DNA of 64,000 nt from Dehalococcoidia bacterium (GTDB taxonomy: Bacteria > Chloroflexota > Dehalococcoidia > UBA2979): contig QZJI01000071.1 of the NCBI GenBank assembly GCA_003599735.1, forward strand, positions 7,778-71,777. Direction: 5' to 3'. Positions 57,327 to 64,000 of this stretch are shown piece after piece. Numbering within the stretch: position 1 is the stretch's first letter; every line of letters starts with the position of its first letter. The position numbers and the translations under genes are program-made. The notes under the pieces are model-generated. The model was given only the letters and a program-made list of their open reading frames with translations, searched no databases and was not told where the DNA came from.

Positions 57327-58000
57327 TATCCGCTGCCGGTCGCGCAAAGACTCAGCAGTGGGCAGTCCTCGCACAGGGGGTCCCGTGGACGACAAACAGT
57401 CATCGATAGATCCAGGGCGGCGTATCCATACTCCTTGAACCCGACCTCCGGAGTCAGCCGATCAGCGAGCACTCGGAGCCAGCGCTTGCGCCGAGTCTCG
57501 CCGTTGTAGGGCACGCCAAGTAGCCGACACAGCATCCGCACAACGTTCGAGTCGATGATCACAGCACGCTCGCCGCTGTGAAGGGCTGCGGTCGCCGCAG
57601 CGACATATTCTCCGACGCCGGGCAATGCTCGTAATTCTTTCGCCGTTCGAGGTAGGTTGCCGTCGCACACACCTATTTCCCGAGCCAACGCGACGAAGAG
57701 TGGTTCACGCCACCGGAGCCCCAGCGGCGCGATCAGCGAGCGAAGACTGGCATCATCGGCAGTCCCGAAGGCCGCGGCGTCGGGGAAGGTTTCACGAATG
57801 CTCTCGAAGACCGGGCCGACCTGTTTTGCGCGTGTTCGTAGCAACAGGAACTCAGCTACGAGAGCCTGCCAGCGCGCGATTCCCGCCGCACGCCACGGGT
57901 AGGCCTCAAAATGTGTTCTTCCCCACGCAAGCAAACGGTGCTGGACTGCGAGTGCCCATTCGGAGGATCGCGCCGGGGACAGGTTCTTCTCGGGCATCAA
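57281..58000 (-). CDS. HhH-GPD family DNA glycosylase with 4Fe-4S cluster (Mig-like T/G mismatch glycosylase linked to Dcm)
   Basis: HhH-GPD LRALPGVGEYVAAATAALHSGERAVIIDSNVVRM. FeS loop CRPRDPLCEDCPLLSLC. ATGA overlap with the dcm stop. Confidence 0.7.
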   Translation of the reverse strand: MMPEKNLSPARSSEWALAVQHRLLAWGRTHFEAYPWRAAGIARWQALVAEFLLLRTRAKQVGPVFESIRETFPDAAAFGTADDASLRSLIAPLGLRWREPLFVALAREIGVCDGNLPRTAKELRALPGVGEYVAAATAALHSGERAVIIDSNVVRMLCRLLGVPYNGETRRKRWLRVLADRLTPEVGFKEYGYAALDLSMTVCRPRDPLCEDCPLLSLCATGSGYQDPASGSAESLSTR

Positions 58001-59598
58001 TCACATTGAAGCAGCCCGAGCGCCTTCGCGACGACTTCTGCAACGCGGCGCGCGAGGAGAGGCGGTACCGCATTCCCAACCTGCGTGTATTGCTTCGTGC
58101 GAGGTCCTTCGAAGAAGTAGTTGTCCGGGAACGTTTGGAGGCGGGCGGCCTCACGAACCGTTAGGCTGCGGCATTGCAGCGGATCGGGATGGATGTAGTA
58201 GTGCCCGTCCTTCGAGATGTGCGAGGTGATGGTCGTTGAAGGTCGCCCGGCCACTTGGACTCGGAATCGATCTGAGAAGAGGTTGCCCGCAAGCGCCTCC
58301 TGAACATTTTCGTGTCGGGGCAGCAAGCCTTGCGGGAGATCGGCGAGTTGCGGTGAACGTTTCTCTGCCCGACCGAACGTCGACGCGAAGAGATAGCGCG
58401 TCAGATCGTCCCGCATGTGGCCACGCGTTTCATGATTCAGCACCCCTTGGAGGTTGGCATCGACGAACCAGGACGGCTCGTAGAGGGGCGCAGAACGGGT
58501 CGTCGGAACGAAGCGGCCCCCTCGCTTGTCTACGGGGGTACGGACGTTCGCGCGAACCCGTTCGAGTTCGTCGGCCATCCCCTCAGTAAGTGCCCGCGTA
58601 CTTCGCAGCAGGCGAGTCGCCGCGGATCGAATTGTCTGCTCCCAGGCAGAATCCGAATCGCTCTCGCGACTCAAGCCAGAGCGCAACGAAGGCATTCCGT
58701 GGAGCACTTTCGTGAGCGGCGTGCTTCCGCCCGCCGCCTTCAGTAGCGGCCCGAATGCCCGCCGGGCCCTCTCAACTCGATCGCTGCGAATCCCCACGAT
58801 GATCACGCGATGACGAGCTTGCGGTAGACCGAGTTCCTCGGTACGCAACAAGAAGTCCTCGGCGGCAGGCTCATCACCGAGGGCGAGGTGTGGTCGCTTT
58901 GGCTCGCCGAGAGGGAACAGTGTGTATTCGACGTTCCTGTGTCTCGGACTGAAGTCGGAAAGCGCCCGCCCCGGCTGTCGAAGATCCGATCTGATCTGGC
59001 TAAAAATCTGCTCACCGTCGTGCGTCGACGAAAGGAGCCCCTTCACATTTTCTAGGACGAAGGCCGCGGGGGCATGATCCGCAAGGATCTTCAGATACTC
59101 CCGGTACAGAAAATGCCGTCGATCGGACTCGAACTCCGCTCCCTGCACGCGCCTCATCCTCGAGCGGCCAACAAGTGAGTACGCTTGGCAGGGTGGCCCG
59201 CCGATCAGTACCGCTTCGCCCGTGTCACACTCGTTCCCAAGTGCCTCGTCGACTCGATCCCGAACTGCCGAGTGTTTCGCGACACCCAGCTCGGCTCGCC
59301 AGGCCTCACGGCTGGCTTTCTCCCATTCGCCAGGATGCTTCGCTTGAAGCTCGGAGAGCGGAATCTCCCCGCGCACGTATTCGTAGTAGGTCGTCGGCAC
59401 AAATCCGACCGCGAACTGCCTGAAAAACGCTCGCAGTCGCAACGTCTCGTGCGCCGTTTCTTCCATCTCTACGGAGATCGCGATTCGGAAGAGATCGTCT
59501 TCGAGCGCGCTGAATCCCTCACCCAACCCACCTGGCCCCGCGAAGAGGTCAATGACAGGGACACGAGGCCCGGACACCGATGGCCGAGCGCCGTTCAC
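57997..59598 (-). CDS. dcm: DNA (cytosine-5)-methyltransferase
   Basis: Motif I IDLFAGPGGL. Motif IV GGPPCQAYS. Motif VI ENVKGL. Confidence 0.9.
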   Translation of the reverse strand: MNGARPSVSGPRVPVIDLFAGPGGLGEGFSALEDDLFRIAISVEMEETAHETLRLRAFFRQFAVGFVPTTYYEYVRGEIPLSELQAKHPGEWEKASREAWRAELGVAKHSAVRDRVDEALGNECDTGEAVLIGGPPCQAYSLVGRSRMRRVQGAEFESDRRHFLYREYLKILADHAPAAFVLENVKGLLSSTHDGEQIFSQIRSDLRQPGRALSDFSPRHRNVEYTLFPLGEPKRPHLALGDEPAAEDFLLRTEELGLPQARHRVIIVGIRSDRVERARRAFGPLLKAAGGSTPLTKVLHGMPSLRSGLSRESDSDSAWEQTIRSAATRLLRSTRALTEGMADELERVRANVRTPVDKRGGRFVPTTRSAPLYEPSWFVDANLQGVLNHETRGHMRDDLTRYLFASTFGRAEKRSPQLADLPQGLLPRHENVQEALAGNLFSDRFRVQVAGRPSTTITSHISKDGHYYIHPDPLQCRSLTVREAARLQTFPDNYFFEGPRTKQYTQVGNAVPPLLARRVAEVVAKALGLLQCD

Positions 59599-61616
59599 AG
59601 GAAACCGAGTCGTTTCGCTTCGTCAAGCAGCACCACGCCCTGTCTGGCCTGCTTGATCGACGGAGGCCGGCCGGTGGTTGCGAGTCGGCCTAGGCTGTAT
59701 GCGAGTCCCCGCTGCCAAGGCTGGAGGTTACTCGTCTCCTTCGCCCAGTTGGAGACACGGAACCAGACGTCCGCATCGACCTCCGACGCCCTGCGGACGA
59801 TCTCTTCTTCTTCTGGCGTGGAGGTTGCCGCACCGCGATCGATCCTAGCGGCGGGCTCGCTCCCTCCGCCCAACGGGATGAGTTCAGCCGCGAGCGCCCG
59901 AGACGGCTGCCACGCCAGTTCCTCGACACGCTTCCAACAGTCGATCTTCTTCGACCATTCTCCAATGTTTCGCACCGTTCCAGACGGCGTGCTAATCACT
60001 CCGAACACGAGGCGCGATATCTCGGTGATCGCCTCTGCCGTCGCATCGGTCAAACGCTGGGCGCGCCAGATTGCGCCGAGATCAAGCCGATGCCCCGTCG
60101 CGTGGACGAGCTTCGCAATGGAATACGTGACTATGTTCGCGCGATAGCCGCCGAAGTTCTCGGCAGAGACGAGTTTCTCGGCGGTTCGAAAGAGAATAGC
60201 CTTCGCCACGAGTCGTTCGAAGTACGCTGCGTCTGTCCCTCTTGGTCGCTCGGCAAGACGAAGCATGAACTCCCGAAAGTTCTTCTCGGCACCGAGCGAC
60301 ACCACATGCGGCAGTTGCTCCCAGCTGTGCTCGAACTTCGCGAGGTCGGTCTTCGTGATCTTCTGCGACGTCGGATTCATGGTCTTGAACTGGCGTTGCT
60401 GTGCTGGAGTGCCGGAACGCGCGAGAGCATCCGGGTACTGGCCCCTCGCGCGCTCGTAGAACCAGTGGGTCTGCCGCTGTGTCCCGTCGGCTGCGGGCGC
60501 CCAGATGGAGCGCGACAATGCCTCCACCGCGATGTGGAAGGGGTCATTCGCCGAGAAGTCGGCGCCCGTGACTTTGTTCTGGGTATTCGAATACTGTGAG
60601 ATGTGAGGAACGAGTTCGTCGATGGTTTCGGGACCGACAACCGTCAGCTTCGCCTGAACCGCAATGCGAGACAGATCGGCCTTGTCTCGTCGCTTTGCGG
60701 CGTGGAGAGAGGCGGTCGTCTGCCCACCATTGACGATTTGCAGGTCGTCGATGCGAGCGAGCGCCGGCGCACCTTCCGCTGACCGGACCAGAGTTACGGA
60801 GCCAGCCGTAGCGGAGATGCCGTTGTTGTACGCGAGAAATCGATCCGGCTGTTTCAGGATCGTGTCCCTGATCCCGCGGTTGACGGCGCCGCGAGCCTGC
60901 AAGAACGATCGCACGTTCCGTTCGAGAAGTCGGGCACCGAAGTCGGTGTATAGATCCGCGAGAAAATCCGCCGGTATGACGAGGAGGTACACGTCATGGT
61001 TATCCGCGGAGGGGCCTCGAAGGCAAGGTAGAGGGGCCCCGATGCGCTCGATCACGTCGATACTGATGGGTTCGCGTTCGAGGCCAGAAGTATCGAGCCG
61101 GAACAGCCGCTCGAGATCCCAGATGTGATGCGTTACGGGAATCCCGTTGATCTCAGTATTCGGAACGAGTGGCTGCCGAGCGCGCGCATCGCTGAAGAGA
61201 TAGAGGCGCACTGACTCGAGATGCTGCCAGTTCGCCTCGATGAGATCGGCCAGTTCGAAGGCAGGCGAGCTCTCCTCGAGCCGTTCGGCATAACCCTCCA
61301 GGCAGCGTTGGACGAAAGTGGTGAGCCGGCGGAACGAGTTCTGGACCTGCGTGTCGGTGAGGCTCTCGGGAGGACTCGCGCCTCGATAGTCCGTGACGAA
61401 CAGGTGAAACACGCTGTCCTCGAGCGCGTAGCCACTGACCTCCACCCCTCGCGCCTGGTGAAAACACACCTCGCCGTCGCTGAACTCTCCCGCTTCGGCG
61501 AGCCGCTCGGCCACAAGCTGCGTGAATGCCTCCAGTCGCAGTCCGCCGTCGACATCAGTGTCCGCGGCCGCGAGGGTTTCTTGCAGCAGGCGCTCCGCGT
61601 ACTCCTCGATCTCCAC
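59595..61616 (-). CDS. AIPR (abortive infection phage resistance) family protein
   Basis: AIPR signatures FLAYNNGISATA and LQIVNGGQTTASL. ORF could begin at ATG 61676; GTG 61616 gives a 1-nt coupling overlap with the upstream gene. Confidence 0.75.
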   Translation of the reverse strand: MEIEEYAERLLQETLAAADTDVDGGLRLEAFTQLVAERLAEAGEFSDGEVCFHQARGVEVSGYALEDSVFHLFVTDYRGASPPESLTDTQVQNSFRRLTTFVQRCLEGYAERLEESSPAFELADLIEANWQHLESVRLYLFSDARARQPLVPNTEINGIPVTHHIWDLERLFRLDTSGLEREPISIDVIERIGAPLPCLRGPSADNHDVYLLVIPADFLADLYTDFGARLLERNVRSFLQARGAVNRGIRDTILKQPDRFLAYNNGISATAGSVTLVRSAEGAPALARIDDLQIVNGGQTTASLHAAKRRDKADLSRIAVQAKLTVVGPETIDELVPHISQYSNTQNKVTGADFSANDPFHIAVEALSRSIWAPAADGTQRQTHWFYERARGQYPDALARSGTPAQQRQFKTMNPTSQKITKTDLAKFEHSWEQLPHVVSLGAEKNFREFMLRLAERPRGTDAAYFERLVAKAILFRTAEKLVSAENFGGYRANIVTYSIAKLVHATGHRLDLGAIWRAQRLTDATAEAITEISRLVFGVISTPSGTVRNIGEWSKKIDCWKRVEELAWQPSRALAAELIPLGGGSEPAARIDRGAATSTPEEEEIVRRASEVDADVWFRVSNWAKETSNLQPWQRGLAYSLGRLATTGRPPSIKQARQGVVLLDEAKRLGFL

Positions 61617-62620
61617 TAGCTCTGTCTCCCCGCCGCCAATATCGCCGCATTCACCTCGGCAAGGGTGCGCCGCCACGGCTCGCAGGCTGAGAGGGCGAGC
61701 CTGTACGTCACGCTCCCAACGCCCACTGGCAGGTCTGGCTCGATGACTCGCGGGAAGCCCTCCTCAACTTCGTATGCCGCAACCTCCCGGATCACGTACG
61801 CGGGTGCGTCGTATCGTGCTGAATGCTGGTCGAGATATCCGTACCGCAGCAATTTGTCGCGGAAGATGGCTGCCGCTTCGGGCCCAAGCGAACTCCGGAG
61901 GGTCGCTACGGCCTGATTCAGCGTTCCCCCCGTGCCACCGCGCAGGACCTCGAGCTTCAGTGCAACGAGATAGAGCGCGGCAAGCCCTTCGGCGTTCAGT
62001 TGCGCCTCGTTCGTGATCGTGACGGCCGTAGGTTCATCACCCCGAGTCGTCTTTACCTCGATGCCAAGCCCATGTACGAGCACATCGCGATCTTCATGGT
62101 CCGGTCCGCGCCAGGCTTCCATCGCGCGGTCGCCCGCAATCGGAAGAATCATCTCAGTGACGACCCACAGCTCACCGAAGAGTGCCTGCGCCTCGACGGA
62201 TGAGAGCCCGGTGTCACCCGCCGCGAGGAGACGGCGCCAGTATGCGAACCGCTCCGCGAGAGCCCTGACTCCATCGCGATCATTCTCGGCTTCGGCAACG
62301 GCAGAGACGACGTCATCACAGAACGGAGTGAACACCGCTGCCATCTCGGGGACTGTTAGAACGATCCGCAACTCGATCTCACCGGGATCGCCGGGTTCCT
62401 GAGTCGTGCGCAGTGCGCCCGTATTCGGCAGGACGGTGTCGCCAACGGCATCTGTTGATACGACGAGCGCCAACACACGCTCCCGTCCAGGATACGCAAT
62501 GCCGAGGAACAGGTTCCGCTTGCTGTCCTCCCGCACCCTGCGCTTTACGAGCCCGGCACCCCGAGGCGGTTCGGCAGCAAGCACGCTCCACAGCGCTTCG
62601 TCGATCACCTCAGCGCTCAC
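61616..62620 (-). CDS. PD-(D/E)xK nuclease-like protein (DUF4420-like)
   Basis: D...EVK core (DRDVLVHGLGIEVKTT). Genomic position between the Z1 and AIPR genes. Confidence 0.5.
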   Translation of the reverse strand: MSAEVIDEALWSVLAAEPPRGAGLVKRRVREDSKRNLFLGIAYPGRERVLALVVSTDAVGDTVLPNTGALRTTQEPGDPGEIELRIVLTVPEMAAVFTPFCDDVVSAVAEAENDRDGVRALAERFAYWRRLLAAGDTGLSSVEAQALFGELWVVTEMILPIAGDRAMEAWRGPDHEDRDVLVHGLGIEVKTTRGDEPTAVTITNEAQLNAEGLAALYLVALKLEVLRGGTGGTLNQAVATLRSSLGPEAAAIFRDKLLRYGYLDQHSARYDAPAYVIREVAAYEVEEGFPRVIEPDLPVGVGSVTYRLALSACEPWRRTLAEVNAAILAAGRQS

Positions 62621-64000
62621 TCTTCGTCATCGTCGTCGCCCACACCGAACAACTCATCGAGGAAGCGCTGGTTGACGACGTAGTCCATCGCGGGCGCGTC
62701 AGGACTCGCCGGGAAACTCACCGCGAAGCCAACCAGGGGCTCGTCGGTGAGGTTCTTGCCAAGCTTCGCCGCAGCCTCCCGATCGTCCTGAGCAGGTGGG
62801 GTGAGCGGATAGATGAGCAGGAGGCCCCTCTCGGCCGGTCGCGCGTGGCGGATGACGGGCCCGGAGGGAATCTTGGGTTCGCTACGCCGCCGTCCCGGAT
62901 CCTTTCGGTACGCTTCGCGACTCGCCTCCAGCAACTCGGACATCTCCGCCGACGAGAAGTCGATCGTCTCGTCGCTGGGGCTGAGGATGCGCCGGATTCG
63001 GTAAACTCCCGTTGTTCGCAGCGTGTCCACCGCTCCGTTGTCGTCGAGGAGACGCCTTGTGGTCAGCTCTATGGGATGTCCTCCGATCGTTGTCGGGCTG
63101 CCAGGGTTCGACATCAGCGCGACGGTCCAGTCGGTCAGCTCACCATGCTGGAGGCGGTCGCGAACGTAGCGGGCGATGGTCTGTGCGTTCACCTTGTACG
63201 CGGAGTCGGCGGTGATGAACGGCGCGAAGAACCGGTCCGCGATCATGTCGCCGGGAACACCGTGCCACACGATGTTCTTGTTGCTGTCCTCGGTCGACCC
63301 GTAGTTGCCACTCAGCTCGACCACGAATCGATCGACCACGCCGAGATTGCTCTTCGCGGTGACAGCATCGGCCAGGAGGACGGTCGTCTCGGAGATCGCC
63401 CCTGCGAATCCGACTCTGAGCCCCGTCCCCGCTCTCATCTTGTTCGCAGCCGTGACAAGCATTCCTTCGACGCTATTCTGAACTTTCAGACCGTACTCGC
63501 TCGGAGTGAGATGTCGTGATGCCATCTCCTCGAACTCGCCAATGAGCTCCTCGTTTGCCACGCTGACCTGGCGATATGCGTTCCAGAGCCGATCCGACGT
63601 CCAGAGTCGGCACAGGTCCTCATAGCCGGGCCGATACCCGAACCAGCGTCCCATCTGCAGCAGCGTGTCGAACGCCTTACTCGCCCGGAGGTAGTAGCTC
63701 ACTGACAGGCCGTCGAGCGTCAAGCCACGAGACAGCTTGTCGCCGCCGATGGCGATGACGTTGAGCCCGGACGCGCGTTGCTCGAAGTAGTCTAGAGCGT
63801 CCTTCGCGGTCCCGTTGATCGTCTTCACGACGATTGGATCGACGGCGCTGGTCAGGAGCGGTTCGATCTGCGACCACAGCAAAGGTGGCTGATCATCGGC
63901 AGGCATAGCAGCCGTTGTTGGAGCAAAGTCCCGATCCCAGAGCTCTTTGAGCTCTCCCCTGACACTCGGACCATTCCCATCGCCGAACTTGATCCGAGAC
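62617..64000 (-). CDS. Z1 domain protein, C-terminal part (gene continues past window end)
   Basis: SF2-helicase-like C-terminal motifs VIAIGGDKLSRGLTLDGL and QMGRWFGYR. Open reading frame with no stop up to position 64000. Confidence 0.6.
   Translation of the reverse strand, partial: SRIKFGDGNGPSVRGELKELWDRDFAPTTAAMPADDQPPLLWSQIEPLLTSAVDPIVVKTINGTAKDALDYFEQRASGLNVIAIGGDKLSRGLTLDGLSVSYYLRASKAFDTLLQMGRWFGYRPGYEDLCRLWTSDRLWNAYRQVSVANEELIGEFEEMASRHLTPSEYGLKVQNSVEGMLVTAANKMRAGTGLRVGFAGAISETTVLLADAVTAKSNLGVVDRFVVELSGNYGSTEDSNKNIVWHGVPGDMIADRFFAPFITADSAYKVNAQTIARYVRDRLQHGELTDWTVALMSNPGSPTTIGGHPIELTTRRLLDDNGAVDTLRTTGVYRIRRILSPSDETIDFSSAEMSELLEASREAYRKDPGRRRSEPKIPSGPVIRHARPAERGLLLIYPLTPPAQDDREAAAKLGKNLTDEPLVGFAVSFPASPDAPAMDYVVNQRFLDELFGVGDDDDEE

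Larger units (their letters stand above)
14196..64000. mobile_element. putative integrative conjugative element (serine-recombinase ICE with a Gram-positive-type T4SS), extending beyond the window end
   Basis: Recombinase at the left edge. Contiguous block of replication-relaxation protein, T4CP, primase, VirB4, VirB6, VirB1 and PrgI-like genes. Leading-region gene set (ArdC, Rad52-type annealing protein, primase, ParB-like, MTase). Defense cargo. The flanking region to the left consists of housekeeping genes. Confidence 0.7.

Noticed and set aside
1-64000. CRISPR arrays
   Set aside because: No regularly spaced direct repeats of 24-40 nt were seen anywhere. The only tandem repeat is the 2x18-nt coding duplication at 13890.

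Overview
This is a high-GC (about 70%) segment that looks like it comes from an actinobacterial-type monoderm. It splits into two parts.

The first ~14 kb (1-14.1 kb) looks like ordinary chromosome. It holds a partial RND efflux pump with a divergent MarR regulator, ftsH, two more MarR-family regulators, an MBL hydrolase pair plus a TetR regulator, a universal stress protein, an MMPL transporter in an operon with its MarR regulator, an extradiol dioxygenase, an HxlR regulator, a YceI protein, an F420-dependent PPOX enzyme, a DoxX protein and several small membrane proteins.

From ~14.2 kb to the window end the sequence has the organisation of a large integrative conjugative element (ICE) of at least 50 kb. 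It begins with a large serine recombinase that is translationally coupled to a HEPN (TIGR02391-like) gene, with a Fic gene just upstream. Next comes a Gram-positive-type T4SS block, all on the minus strand. It contains a tandem Replic_Relax protein, a type IV coupling protein, a CHC2-Toprim primase, a split VirB4, a PrgI/VirB3-like gene, a small pilin-like gene, a VirB1-like lytic transglycosylase and a VirB6-like gene.

Embedded in the element is a complete secretin-less Tad/Flp pilus locus. Its genes are flp, three tadE/G-like genes, tadC, tadB, tadA, tadZ, cpaB and a prepilin peptidase. The locus also carries an unusual 1104-aa membrane protein that combines LysM repeats with a SARP (BTAD) regulator domain, plus a second soluble SARP. 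It is bracketed by a 14-nt direct repeat, GTTGCGACTTAGTT, at 29163 and 44771.

An ~870-bp AC-rich noncoding region follows. Given its position next to the leading region, it is a candidate origin of transfer (oriT). After it comes a plus-strand leading region with a second primase paralog, a Rad52-type annealing protein, ArdC, a ribbon-helix-helix protein, an N6-adenine methyltransferase fused in operon with an SNF2 helicase, a large ParB-like protein and many unknowns.

The window ends in a defense island. It holds a Dcm cytosine methyltransferase, a Mig-like HhH-GPD mismatch glycosylase in place of Vsr, an AIPR protein, a DUF4420-like PD-(D/E)xK nuclease and a Z1 domain protein that runs off the window.

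No rRNA, tRNA or CRISPR was found. Several coordinates are derived from ORF-track ends plus residue index and may be off by a few nucleotides.
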